The notes beneath the pieces were generated by a model. That model searched no databases. It worked only from the letters and a program-made list of their open reading frames with translations, and was not told the origin of the DNA. From Patescibacteria group bacterium (GTDB taxonomy: Bacteria; Patescibacteriota; Microgenomatia; UBA12405), in the NCBI GenBank assembly GCA_050943115.1, contig JBMNON010000005.1:369-64368 (forward strand): DNA of 64,000 nt, given 5' to 3'. The position numbers and the translations under genes are program-made. Every line of letters begins with the position of its first letter. Within the stretch, counting starts at the first letter, position 1. Shown here piece after piece: positions 17,666-27,458 of this stretch.

Positions 17666-18174
17666 ATTTCACACCAAGATTAATTGTCGGCTTAATATTT
17701 ATTGTTTTAGGTTTAAGTTTTTTCTTAGACTTTAATGTGTTGGCCTTATTTTGGCCTTTGCTTTTAATCTTTATCGGGGTGTCAATATTGACCAGAAAAC
17801 CAATAGAACATAGTTGGGATGAGGCAGTGGTAAGTGAAGAAGATGAGCTGGATGAAACGGTTATTTTTTGGGGAGTAAACAAGAAGATAACAAGTGATAA
17901 TTTCAGAGGCGGAAAGGTAGCCGCAATATTTGGGGGAGGGAAAATTGATCTTAGCGAGGCTAATATGAAAGAAGACGAGGCAGAAATGGAAGTAGTGGCG
18001 GTATTCGGAGGTATGGAGGTGGTAGTACCTAAAGGATGGAGCGTCAGCACATCCGGGGCCGGGGTTTTCGGAGGATTCAATAACAATACAAAAGCACCCA
18101 AGGAAAAAGGCGGGGGACGAATTAAGATAGAAGGAGCCGCAGTGTTTGGCGGGGTAAATATCCGCAACGGATAA
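17662..18174 (+). CDS. LiaF-like/toastrack (DUF2154/DUF4097-like) membrane protein
   Basis: Two N-terminal TM helices then beta-rich repeats 'AAIFGGGKIDL', 'AVFGGMEVVV', 'AGVFGGFNN', 'AAVFGGVNI' typical of LiaF C-terminal domain. Confidence 0.45.
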   Translation: MNFTPRLIVGLIFIVLGLSFFLDFNVLALFWPLLLIFIGVSILTRKPIEHSWDEAVVSEEDELDETVIFWGVNKKITSDNFRGGKVAAIFGGGKIDLSEANMKEDEAEMEVVAVFGGMEVVVPKGWSVSTSGAGVFGGFNNNTKAPKEKGGGRIKIEGAAVFGGVNIRNG

Positions 18175-18210
18175 GTTTAATTTTGGGTTAGTTTCGGGTA
18201 TGATGAGAAA

Positions 18211-19371
18211 ATGGATTTGTCAAATGACCAAAAGAAGGCCCTGGTGACCTTAGAAGAATGGTTTTCTGATGCTAAAAAAGAACAGTATATAACCTTGGGA
18301 GGCTATGCCGGAACAGGAAAGACCACGTTGTTGGCCATACTGAGACAAAGCCTTAATAAAAAAAATAAAAAGTTAAGAGTGGCCTTTGCCAGTTATACCG
18401 GCAAAGCGGCAAGAATATTGAGAGGAAAATTAGTGGAACAAAAAGCCCTGATGAAGCAGGATACCGTAGGTACAATTCATTCCCTAATATATTCCCCTAT
18501 CGTTAATGATAAAGAGGAGATAATTGGCTGGAAAACAAGAGAGGTATTAGAGTGTGATTTAATAATTATTGACGAGGCGTCAATGGTAGATGCTTCAATA
18601 TGGAGAGACTTGAGGATTTATGGAAAACCAATAATTGCCGCAGGAGATCACGGCCAATTACCACCGATTAAGGGTTTTTTTAATTTGATGGAAAAACCGG
18701 TACTGCGGCTGGAAGAAATTCACCGTCAAGCCAGAGAGAATCCAATTATCAAGCTATCCATACTAGCTAGGGAAAGAGGAATAATTCCGGCAATTACTTT
18801 TGGTGAAAACATAAAAAAGGTCAGGCGGGATACTGTTGATACCCAAGAGCAAGTAGAAGAATGGCTGGCGAGTTACGATGCAAATACTTTAGTTCTATGC
18901 GGATACAATAATACAAGGGTAAGACTAAATTGTTACTTAAGGCAAGCACTGGAGTTTCGATCGGCAGAACCTGAAGCAAATGACCGAGTGATTTGTTTGC
19001 GCAATAATCACGAAAAAGAGGTTTTTAACGGAATGCTCGGGGTAATTATGAATATTAGTCCCAAAGATGATGATTGGTACAAGGCAGAAATTATGATGGA
19101 CGGTGAGGAAGATGTCTACGAAGGTTTAATTTACAGAAAACAGTTTTCCAGCAAAGAAGCGATAAACTTTACCAACAACAGGTACTTAACAAAAATTGGA
19201 GACTTATTTGATTTTGGCTATGCCCTAACCGTACATAAGGCCCAAGGCAGCCAAGCTAAAAGAGTGATACTTTTTGAGGAGAGGTTTTCAAAAATGACCG
19301 ACGACGAGTGGCGAAGGTGGCTATATACCGGAGTCACCCGGGCTGAAGAAGAGCTTTTGATCGTGGGTTAG
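18211..19371 (+). CDS. RecD/TraA-like SF1 DNA helicase (short form)
   Basis: Walker A 'GYAGTGKTT', Walker B 'IIDEASMVD', C-terminal 'ALTVHKAQGSQAKRVIL' (UvrD_C_2). Confidence 0.75.
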   Translation: MDLSNDQKKALVTLEEWFSDAKKEQYITLGGYAGTGKTTLLAILRQSLNKKNKKLRVAFASYTGKAARILRGKLVEQKALMKQDTVGTIHSLIYSPIVNDKEEIIGWKTREVLECDLIIIDEASMVDASIWRDLRIYGKPIIAAGDHGQLPPIKGFFNLMEKPVLRLEEIHRQARENPIIKLSILARERGIIPAITFGENIKKVRRDTVDTQEQVEEWLASYDANTLVLCGYNNTRVRLNCYLRQALEFRSAEPEANDRVICLRNNHEKEVFNGMLGVIMNISPKDDDWYKAEIMMDGEEDVYEGLIYRKQFSSKEAINFTNNRYLTKIGDLFDFGYALTVHKAQGSQAKRVILFEERFSKMTDDEWRRWLYTGVTRAEEELLIVG

Positions 19372-19388
19372 TTTAGTATAATGATTAA

Positions 19389-20489
19389 GTGATTAAAAAA
19401 GTCATAGTATTGACGTTTGGCATACTTTTTCTGGTAACAGGGAGAGTTGGGGCCCAGGAGGAAGATATTCCTTTCAGAATAGAGGAAAACCTGGAGGCAC
19501 GAATAAGCAGAGTGTTGGAGGAAGAGGAAGTAGAAGTTATCGGCCAAAAGCAACTTTATCAGAAGTTGGAACTGGAAATCACGAAAGGAACATTAAAGGG
19601 AGAAAAAAGAGAAGTCGAAGTGGGCAACATGCCAATGGCTTTAAACCATGTATATAAGGTAAACGACAGGGTGGTGTTGGCCAGACAAAATGACCTTAAT
19701 GGTGAAGAGATGCTGACAATTGTTGATTTTGTCAGAAGAGACAGTCTGATTTTGTTATTTGGAATATTTACCTTGGTGACTTTGGTAGTGGCAAAGAAAA
19801 AAGGCGTAAGATCGATAGCCAGTATGGCAATTACTTTTTTGGTAATTTTTAACTTTATCCTGCCACGTATATTAAAGGGCAGTGATCCAATACTAATAAC
19901 AATTATTGGATCGTTGGGAATAATTCCTATAACTTTTTATCTGGCTCACGGAAACGGCAAAAAGACATCAGTAGCAATTGGGGCAACCGTAATTTCCCTA
20001 CTTATTACCGGTGTTCTGGCAACAGTTTTTGCTAATTTGGCAAATTTAACAGGAATCGCTTCCGAGGAGGCTGGGATATTACTGGCCATAAGGGACGGGG
20101 GGATGAATATGAAAGGGCTTTTGATGGCGGGAATGTTGGTTGGGGCATTGGGGATTTTAGATGATATAACGGTGTCCCAGGCGGCTATAGTAGAGCAGTT
20201 GGCAGCGGCGTCCGAAAAACTTAAATTTAGTGAACTTTATAAAAGAGCCATGAAAGTCGGGGAGGACCATATCGCTTCAATGATAAACACCTTGGTGTTG
20301 GTCTATGCAGGGGCTTCTTTACCTTTGTTGCTGATTTTTATCAACAACCCCCACCCTTTTTCCGAAATTGTTAATTATGAGTTTATTGCTGAGGAAATCG
20401 TAAAAACTCTTGTGGGAAGTATTGGCTTGATAACGGCGGTACCAATAAGTACACTAATGGCTTGCCTGGCGATAAAAGGCAAAGGATGA
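19389..20489 (+). CDS. polytopic membrane protein (YibE/F-like)
   Basis: Signal sequence, ~90-aa soluble domain, then ~8 hydrophobic helices; weak family resemblance only. Confidence 0.3.
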   Translation: MIKKVIVLTFGILFLVTGRVGAQEEDIPFRIEENLEARISRVLEEEEVEVIGQKQLYQKLELEITKGTLKGEKREVEVGNMPMALNHVYKVNDRVVLARQNDLNGEEMLTIVDFVRRDSLILLFGIFTLVTLVVAKKKGVRSIASMAITFLVIFNFILPRILKGSDPILITIIGSLGIIPITFYLAHGNGKKTSVAIGATVISLLITGVLATVFANLANLTGIASEEAGILLAIRDGGMNMKGLLMAGMLVGALGILDDITVSQAAIVEQLAAASEKLKFSELYKRAMKVGEDHIASMINTLVLVYAGASLPLLLIFINNPHPFSEIVNYEFIAEEIVKTLVGSIGLITAVPISTLMACLAIKGKG

Positions 20490-20490
20490 A

Positions 20491-20919
20491 ATGAGACTTT
20501 GGAGTTTTAGTCCAAGGTACTTAGACAGCAAAGGATTGGTGGCATTATGGCGCGAGGCATTACTAGCAAAATCGGTGTTGGAGGGGAATACTAGAGGTTA
20601 TCGTAAGCACCCGCAACTAGTTAGGTTTCTTAAATGCCGAAGACCAGGCGGGCTAATAAATATATATTTAGAAGATGTGTGGGAAGAAGCAGAAAGGAGA
20701 GGTTTTAATTTTGATAAGAGGAATATCGGTGAGGGTTGCGATGACAAGGCAACCGTAACCAAGGGGCAAGTAGAGTATGAATTCGAGTGGCTAAAGGAGA
20801 AATTACAAACCAGAAATAGAGAGAAATTAAGTGAACTTGAGGGAGTGAGGGAGATTGAGATAAATCGGGCGTTTGAGGTAGTGGAGGGCGATGTCGAGAG
20901 CTGGGAAGTCTTAAGGTGA
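20491..20919 (+). CDS. pyrimidine dimer DNA glycosylase (T4 endonuclease V-like)
   Basis: 'MRLWSFSPRYLDSKGLVALWREALLAKSVL...GYRKHPQLVRF' matches the Pyr_excise family N-terminus. Confidence 0.7.
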   Translation: MRLWSFSPRYLDSKGLVALWREALLAKSVLEGNTRGYRKHPQLVRFLKCRRPGGLINIYLEDVWEEAERRGFNFDKRNIGEGCDDKATVTKGQVEYEFEWLKEKLQTRNREKLSELEGVREIEINRAFEVVEGDVESWEVLR

Positions 20920-22160
20920 TTGACATACAGAGGTTTTATAATAGGATAGTGAAAAAGTATATTTTTGTCGGTTTATTGATATTTTCATTTTTATTTTTAA
21001 GGTTATGGAGGATTGAAGAGAGGGTAAATTTTTCAATGGATCAGGGAATGTTTTTGCTGAGAGCAAAGGAAATATGGGATGATAAGGAGTTGACTTTACT
21101 AGGACCGACAGCCTCCCCCGTTGTGGACAATAAACAGTTTTTCCAAGGACCGGCAATCTACTATTCTCTTATTGGAGTGATGCTGCTGTCGTCTTGGGAT
21201 CCAATACGGGCTTCAATAATAATGGTGATTTTAAGCGGTGTCGGAGTAGTTTTTTTATATTTATGGGCAAAGATTGTAGCCGGCAGGAGAGCCGCTGCCA
21301 TGGCGGTTACTATTGCGACTTTTTTAACCTGGCATATAAGATACTCTAATTTCTTGTGGAATCCCAATTTTCTTCTATTGTTAACCCCAGTATTTGGTTG
21401 GTTGGCCGCGAAAAGCGAGAAGGCGAAGAAATGGATATGGTTTTGGGGCAGCGGATTGGTCCTTGGTTTAATGTTACAGTACCACTATCAAGTTGGCATA
21501 ATAGTCGGCGGCTACCTTGGGTACTTAATCTTTAAGAAGACGGGGTTAAAGGACTTGGTTGCGGTTGCGGTGGGAGCTGGTGTCGGATATCTGCCAATTA
21601 TTGTTTTTGAATTGAGAAATAATTTTTACAACAGCAGAATAATATTCCAGTGGATAGTTAAAGGAGGGAGCGATACGAATATAAGTTTCCATTATTTTCT
21701 AGTGTTAATGCCATTTATTTTAGTGTTAACCGGAGCAATTCTGAATAAATTAAACAGAGTAATTGTTTCTAGCGCCATTGCTATATTAATTGGAGTGAGT
21801 GTCTATAGTGTGGTTTGGGAAAACCAAGCGTGGGGAATGCCAAAAGGCTGGAATTATAAGAAGCTAGAAAAGGCGGCAAACATTGTTGAAAATCAAGCCG
21901 GTGAAAATTTTAATATCGTAAACCTGTTGTCCGGTGATACGAGATTTTATTCATTGAGATATATTTTGGAGATTAAGGGGAGAATTCCGAGAAAAGTGAG
22001 TGAATACGAGAATGTTGATCAATTATTTTTAGTGGGAGAAGATAGCGGACTTGAAGTGGCAAACGAATTGTGGGAGGCGGCAACTTTTAATGACGCTGAC
22101 CTTGTGGAAAAATGGAATTTTGGAGATGGGATATTTCTGCATGAGTTCGTCAAACAATAG
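20916..22160 (+). CDS. polytopic membrane protein, GT39/GT83 (ArnT/PMT)-like glycosyltransferase
   Basis: Multi-TM protein with early loop 'ERVNFSMDQGMFLLRAKEI' resembling DE-loop of GT-C glycosyltransferases; tentative. Confidence 0.35.
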   Translation: MIDIQRFYNRIVKKYIFVGLLIFSFLFLRLWRIEERVNFSMDQGMFLLRAKEIWDDKELTLLGPTASPVVDNKQFFQGPAIYYSLIGVMLLSSWDPIRASIIMVILSGVGVVFLYLWAKIVAGRRAAAMAVTIATFLTWHIRYSNFLWNPNFLLLLTPVFGWLAAKSEKAKKWIWFWGSGLVLGLMLQYHYQVGIIVGGYLGYLIFKKTGLKDLVAVAVGAGVGYLPIIVFELRNNFYNSRIIFQWIVKGGSDTNISFHYFLVLMPFILVLTGAILNKLNRVIVSSAIAILIGVSVYSVVWENQAWGMPKGWNYKKLEKAANIVENQAGENFNIVNLLSGDTRFYSLRYILEIKGRIPRKVSEYENVDQLFLVGEDSGLEVANELWEAATFNDADLVEKWNFGDGIFLHEFVKQ

Positions 22161-22217
22161 GTTGAACGAGTTGGTCAACACGGTGTCTCACAAAGCAAAT
22201 TAATGATAAATTAAGTA

Positions 22218-24155
22218 ATGGATTGGATATTATTTTTCTTATACTGGATTTGGGCAATCGTGGTGTTTTTCTTAGCTTTTTACATTCCGGGAAGATGGGT
22301 ACTGACAAAGATTAATGAAAAAACAGATATAAGATCGACAAGTGTTTTAACATTGATTACTGGGATAGCCTTGTGGGGATTGCAGGCATATGTTTTTGGG
22401 TATTTAAAAGCAAGATACTTAACTTACTTATATTTAATTATGGGCTTGTTGTGGTGGCTTGTTAACTTTAAAAAAGAGATTGCATTTGGTAAAAAAATGA
22501 TTCGTTCGTGGCTAGAAGATAAGTGGCTACTTATTATAATTGCATCAGGAATTGTGGTTGTGCTTGCAGGAGTTTTTAGCAGTGGGCTACCAAATAAGGA
22601 AGGATTGTGGATATTCGGAATTAACGTAATTGATGGGTCCTACCATTTATCACTAATAGAATCACTAATAAAGGGTATACCACCGAGAGAACCCGGTATG
22701 GTTGGGGTCGAGGTGGCGAACTATCACTATTGGTCTGATATGGTGTTGGCCGAACTAATCAGGATATTTAAGATCCCGGCAATTAATTTGTTTTACCAGT
22801 ATTTTCCGGTTTTAAATGCCGTATTGTTAGGACTTGCCTCTTACGTTTTAGCAAGAAAAATTGGCAAAGATAAGATTTGTGGTAAGGTCATGGCAGCTTT
22901 AATGTATTTTTCTGGGAATTGGGGATATTTACTCATTTTGTTATTGCAGGGAAGACTGACTTTTGAAATGAAATCATTCGATAATGGCGCAATACTGTTT
23001 ACAAATCCACCAAGAGCTTTAGCAGAATTGATTTATTTGGGATCAGCACTGAGTGTATTTTTATGGTTAAAAAGAAAAAATCTCGGATGGGGGTGGTTAA
23101 CGGCACTGCTGGTAGGGGTGGTGGTTGGCTTTAAGGTATATGTAGGCATAGTGGCAGCTTTGGGTCTGGCTGGTCTTTTTGTTTACTGGTGCATAAAGAA
23201 GAAATGGAAAAGGTTGTTACCAATCGTAGCAGCAGGCTTGCTTTCGATAGCTGTATTTTTTCCCGCAAATTCCAAAGCCGGAGGAATTAGATGGTCTCCC
23301 CTGGCTTGGCCAAGACATTATTTTGCCCAAGGAGAAGCAAGTACATTGATGTGGCATTTACAAGAAAGGGTGTTTACAGATCATGACAACAAGCCAAGAT
23401 TAATTCTTCTATACATTCAAATGCTAGTGGCATTTTTTGGTGTGATCTACGGATCGAGAATGTTGGGATTGTTAGGTCTAAATATTTTGAAAAAAAAGGC
23501 GGGTCTAGAGTTTTGGATATTTTGGGTAATTCCGCTTGTGAGTGCAATATTCTTGGCAACTTTTTTCCTTCAGGATTCAGGGGCTTTTGAAATATTTAAT
23601 TTATATGCGGTGGCTGGGGTTAGCTTGTCCTTATTATCTGCATTGTGGTTAAAAAACTTTAAAGGAAAGAGACAGTTAGTAATTATTATTTTGTTTATAG
23701 TGGTATCGCTACCTAAACCAATTTCACAAGCTGTTAATTATATAAAAATATTTAGAGAAAAGAATAACAAGGCATGGCTTTTTACGAATAATGAATTGGA
23801 ATTATTTCGAAAAATGAGGCAAGAAATTGGAGAAGATGAATTAGTAATACTTAATCCCGATGACTCAATTAATCAATATACTCCATATTTGGCGGCTTTT
23901 ACTGGGAATAATTTATATTTTTCGGGAGCTGGCGTGCTTAGAGCTCATGGCTTGGATGTCTCACAATACGAAGAACAATTGAATAGAATTTGGTCCATGC
24001 CAGAAAGTGAATTTGTAAGGGCGGCCAAGGAACGAGGGATCAGATATATGTTCTCAAGAGGAGGCAATGACCCACAATGTTTGGAAAAAGGTAGTTTTTT
24101 TGAATTGGTTGATTCTTCAGGAAACAGCAAGTTATATAGAATAAAGTATGAATAG
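22218..24155 (+). CDS. large polytopic membrane protein (possible GT-C-type glycosyltransferase)
   Basis: 645 aa, >12 predicted TM helices plus C-terminal soluble domain; no decisive motif. Confidence 0.3.
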   Translation: MDWILFFLYWIWAIVVFFLAFYIPGRWVLTKINEKTDIRSTSVLTLITGIALWGLQAYVFGYLKARYLTYLYLIMGLLWWLVNFKKEIAFGKKMIRSWLEDKWLLIIIASGIVVVLAGVFSSGLPNKEGLWIFGINVIDGSYHLSLIESLIKGIPPREPGMVGVEVANYHYWSDMVLAELIRIFKIPAINLFYQYFPVLNAVLLGLASYVLARKIGKDKICGKVMAALMYFSGNWGYLLILLLQGRLTFEMKSFDNGAILFTNPPRALAELIYLGSALSVFLWLKRKNLGWGWLTALLVGVVVGFKVYVGIVAALGLAGLFVYWCIKKKWKRLLPIVAAGLLSIAVFFPANSKAGGIRWSPLAWPRHYFAQGEASTLMWHLQERVFTDHDNKPRLILLYIQMLVAFFGVIYGSRMLGLLGLNILKKKAGLEFWIFWVIPLVSAIFLATFFLQDSGAFEIFNLYAVAGVSLSLLSALWLKNFKGKRQLVIIILFIVVSLPKPISQAVNYIKIFREKNNKAWLFTNNELELFRKMRQEIGEDELVILNPDDSINQYTPYLAAFTGNNLYFSGAGVLRAHGLDVSQYEEQLNRIWSMPESEFVRAAKERGIRYMFSRGGNDPQCLEKGSFFELVDSSGNSKLYRIKYE

Positions 24156-24744
24156 AAAAAAGCTAATTGTTATTTCAGGCTTATCAGGAACGGGGAAAAC
24201 TACACTTGGTCGATATTTATCAGAAGAGTTAAACTTCCCTTTTATAAACAAAGATAGCTTAAAAGAGATAATGTTTGACAAAATCGGCTGGAAAGACAGA
24301 GAGTGGTCACAGAAATTAGGAGCGGCTTCATATGGAGCAATGTATTATCTTGCTGAGGAATTGATCAAATGTGGTTGCAGTGTAATTGTTGAGAGTAATT
24401 TTCGAGCTGAAATTGATGGTGAGAAGCTGAGGAATTTGGGGGGTAGATATGGTTGCCAAATAATTGAAGTGTTATGCTGGGCAGAGGGTGGTGCTTTATT
24501 TGAAAGATTCAAGAAAAGAGCTGAATCGGGAGAAAGGCATCCGGGCCATGTCGACCATTTATGCTATGAAGAGCAAGAAAAAAGGCTTCTGGTAGGTAAG
24601 GCCCAGAGTTTAAGGGTCGGAAGAGTAATCGAGCTAAATACGAGCGACTGGGAAAAGGTGGATTATAAGGGGGTGTTAAGAAAGGTGAGGCAAGAATTGG
24701 GTATAATTGGGAATGTATCCAGGACGAAGGACAAAAAAAATTAA
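24148..24744 (+). CDS. P-loop kinase (AAA_33/zeta-toxin-like fold)
   Basis: Walker A 'GLSGTGKTT'; 198 aa; 8-nt overlap with upstream gene. Confidence 0.5.
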   Translation: MNRKKLIVISGLSGTGKTTLGRYLSEELNFPFINKDSLKEIMFDKIGWKDREWSQKLGAASYGAMYYLAEELIKCGCSVIVESNFRAEIDGEKLRNLGGRYGCQIIEVLCWAEGGALFERFKKRAESGERHPGHVDHLCYEEQEKRLLVGKAQSLRVGRVIELNTSDWEKVDYKGVLRKVRQELGIIGNVSRTKDKKN

Positions 24745-25315
24745 AGAGGTGATCAGGAAACGACAAGAAGGAGTGGTTGTTTTGGAAGATATCCATGATC
24801 CACACAATGCTGCAGCAGTTTTGAGGAGTGCTGAAGCATTGGGGTTTCAGAAAGTGTACTTTATTTTTGAACAAGAAGAAAAATTTAACCCAAGGCAGGT
24901 GGGAAAATCATCCTCCAGCAGCGCCAACAAATGGCTTGATTTTAAAAGCTTTAGTTCAACAAGAGAAGCTTTAAATGAGCTAAAAGAGGGCGGGTACAAA
25001 ATCGTAGCAACAGTGATTGATAAGAAGGCTAAGAGTATTTACGAAACTAGTTTTTGCGAAAGAAAGATGGCGATTTGTTTTGGGAACGAACACAGGGGTT
25101 TGTCGGATACTGCCAAAAAAATGGCGGATACGATAGTGTGTATACCAATGGAGGGAATGGTGCAAAGTTTAAATTTATCAGTTACTGCCGCAATCTTTAT
25201 GTACGAGATCAGCCGCCAAAGGAGGGGCTTTGGAAGAGAAAAGTTTGTTATGGATGAAGAAGCAAGAAAGGAACTGGAGGAAAGGCTTATTAATAAACAG
25301 CCCTGGAATTCATAG
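24707..25315 (+). CDS. SpoU/TrmH-family RNA 2'-O-methyltransferase
   Basis: 'VLEDIHDPHNAAAVLRSAEALG', 'CFGNEHRGLSD', 'IPMEGMVQSLNLSVTAAIFMYE' SPOUT motifs. Confidence 0.75.
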   Translation: MGMYPGRRTKKIKEVIRKRQEGVVVLEDIHDPHNAAAVLRSAEALGFQKVYFIFEQEEKFNPRQVGKSSSSSANKWLDFKSFSSTREALNELKEGGYKIVATVIDKKAKSIYETSFCERKMAICFGNEHRGLSDTAKKMADTIVCIPMEGMVQSLNLSVTAAIFMYEISRQRRGFGREKFVMDEEARKELEERLINKQPWNS

Positions 25316-25949
25316 TATTGTTGGTATTGAGTAAATTTTTGATAGGATTGTAGGAAAAGCGATGAATGGGAGAGGGACCATGAGCTTTTAGTGCTTCCAG
25401 GTGAGCCTTGGTGCCATAACCTTTGTGAGAAGCGAAGCCATATTGAGGATAGACTTGGTCAAAGATGTTCATTTCCTTATCGCGAATGAATTTGGCAACG
25501 ATTGAAGCCGAGGCAACCGAGAAGCAAGATTTGTCGGCACCAACGACAGAGACATACTTGGAGGATTCAATATGAAGATTGCCGTCTATAATGGCAAAGT
25601 CAAAACGACCACTAAACTGGGAAAGGGCGTTTTTGAAGAGGTTTTTAATAACTTGACCTATCCCCTGTTCATCTATTTCTTTGGAGCTTGACGAGAAGGT
25701 CTTGTAAGTAAAGTGTTGAGATTGAAAGTATGAATAAATTTTCTGACGATTTCTTGGAGAAAGCATTTTACTGTCGCGGACACCTAGATTATGGAATGTT
25801 TCCGGATTAAAGGAGTTTAGCTCAATAAGAAAGGCACCAACAGTAACAGGGCCAGCCCAAGGGCCACGGCCAACTTCATCAAGACCCAAAATATAACGGG
25901 CATCGGAGGGTAAAAGCGATTTTTCGAATTCAAATGAAGGAGAAATCAT
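25290..25949 (-). CDS. rnhB: ribonuclease HII
   Basis: 'ILGLDEVGRGPWAGPVTVGAF' RNase HII active-site motif. Confidence 0.85.
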   Translation of the reverse strand: MISPSFEFEKSLLPSDARYILGLDEVGRGPWAGPVTVGAFLIELNSFNPETFHNLGVRDSKMLSPRNRQKIYSYFQSQHFTYKTFSSSSKEIDEQGIGQVIKNLFKNALSQFSGRFDFAIIDGNLHIESSKYVSVVGADKSCFSVASASIVAKFIRDKEMNIFDQVYPQYGFASHKGYGTKAHLEALKAHGPSPIHRFSYNPIKNLLNTNNTMNSRAVY

Positions 25950-26335
25950 AACCCTGTCCCTAATTTTAATATTAGCTCATGCCGAAGTTTTGGCTGAGAG
26001 ACAAAGTAGATAGCGTCCATGCCAAAATCGAGGGCTCTGTGAACATTGACACGGGAGTCATCGATAAGCAAGCAATCAGACGCGGACACATTGGCCAGGT
26101 CAATAAATTTTTGATACAAACGGGAATCGGGCTTAAGAAGACGGGTTTGACCGTAATAGAGAATGGGGTAAAAAAGACCAAGATCAGATATTTCTCTTGG
26201 AACCGATGAATAGTTGGAAATAATACCAAGACGGTAGCCTTTTTGAGTTAACTGGCGGCATAATTCAACCATTTTTTCGTTAACACGGCCTTGGGTGAGG
26301 AGGACACCACCTATATCAAAGATCAAATATTTCAT
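25946..26335 (-). CDS. HAD-superfamily hydrolase (small)
   Basis: 'YLIFDIGGVL' motif I and 'LLIDDSRVNVHRALDFGMDAIYF' motif III/IV. Confidence 0.55.
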   Translation of the reverse strand: MKYLIFDIGGVLLTQGRVNEKMVELCRQLTQKGYRLGIISNYSSVPREISDLGLFYPILYYGQTRLLKPDSRLYQKFIDLANVSASDCLLIDDSRVNVHRALDFGMDAIYFVSQPKLRHELILKLGTGL

Positions 26336-27423
26336 TTACAAAGCCTATCAGAAACCGGAGTTTCATTGGTGACAAGCTCCAGTCCCCTATTGGTATTTTC
26401 AAAGGTGATGGAAGGTGTGACCTGAACAAAACGGGCTTTGGAGTGAAGCTGTTTTATGTTAAAAGCGCCAGAGTAACTTAGACCGGAACGAATTCCTTTG
26501 TCCAAACAAGAGAGGACTTGGGCAACGGGGCCTTTGTATTCAGCCAGAGTTTCCACTCCTTCAACATAATTAACATAATCCGAGTGCTTGCCTGAAGCAT
26601 CTTTTTTAAGCTGATTGATTTTTTCAGTTTTTGAAGTCGAACCGTTGTAGGCTTTATATTCAAGTCCATTAATTTTAATAATATTACCCGGGGTTTCGGC
26701 AGTACCGGCAAGAAGATAGCCGGTAGAAACAGCAGAGGCGCCGGCAGCCAAAGCTTTGACAATATCGCCTGAATTTTTCATGCCACCGTCAGCAATAACA
26801 GGAGTGTTAAACTTTTGGGCAATGCTAAAAACTTCCATGATTGCGGTTAATTGGGGCATCCCAGATCCGGTTTGAATCCGCGTGGTACAAATTGAACCAG
26901 GACCGACCCCAACCCGAAGAGCATCGGCCCCGGCTTTTATCAAGTCAGAGGCCGCTTGGGAGGTAGCGATAGCACCGGCAATAATTTCGATACCTTTAAA
27001 CTGTTTTTTGAGGTAGCTAGCAAAGTTAAGTACACTTTCAAGATGGCCATGAGCAACGTCAATCAGAAAAACCCGAACACCAATATCAAAGAGAGCCTGG
27101 AAGCGACTGACCTCTCCGTCCTTAATACCAATGGAGGGAATGGTGAGACAGCCGGCATCAAGGACCTGTTTCACTTGTACAACCTGGTTTTCAATAGTAG
27201 AGAACCGAGGGTAAAAACTGAGGGCACCAAAACGGGAAAGGGCTATGGCCATATCGACATTGGTGACAGTGTCCATATTAGTGGCAATAACGGGGAAGTT
27301 AATTTTAATTTTGGGAGTAAGGTTGGTAGAAAGGTCAATGTCGTTTCGTGATTTAACGGACGAGCGTTGCGGAGTGAGGAGGACATCATTAAAAGTAAGA
27401 GCTTGAGGGATATTTTTTGTCAT
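26332..27423 (-). CDS. IMP dehydrogenase/GMP reductase family protein (no CBS insert)
   Basis: 'GVGPGSICTTR' catalytic Cys loop, 'GGMKNSGDIVKALAAGA', TIM-barrel IMPDH layout; 363 aa. Confidence 0.8.
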   Translation of the reverse strand: MTKNIPQALTFNDVLLTPQRSSVKSRNDIDLSTNLTPKIKINFPVIATNMDTVTNVDMAIALSRFGALSFYPRFSTIENQVVQVKQVLDAGCLTIPSIGIKDGEVSRFQALFDIGVRVFLIDVAHGHLESVLNFASYLKKQFKGIEIIAGAIATSQAASDLIKAGADALRVGVGPGSICTTRIQTGSGMPQLTAIMEVFSIAQKFNTPVIADGGMKNSGDIVKALAAGASAVSTGYLLAGTAETPGNIIKINGLEYKAYNGSTSKTEKINQLKKDASGKHSDYVNYVEGVETLAEYKGPVAQVLSCLDKGIRSGLSYSGAFNIKQLHSKARFVQVTPSITFENTNRGLELVTNETPVSDRLCK

Positions 27424-27458
27424 ACGAAATAAGTATAACAGGCAGGTTAAAATAGATT

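Noticed and set aside
17649-18167. 172-aa minus-strand ORF (Pro/Ser/Thr-rich)
   Set aside because: Entirely antisense to the LiaF-like gene (17662-18174). It has low-complexity composition typical of shadow ORFs on the opposite strand of G/A-rich coding sequence.
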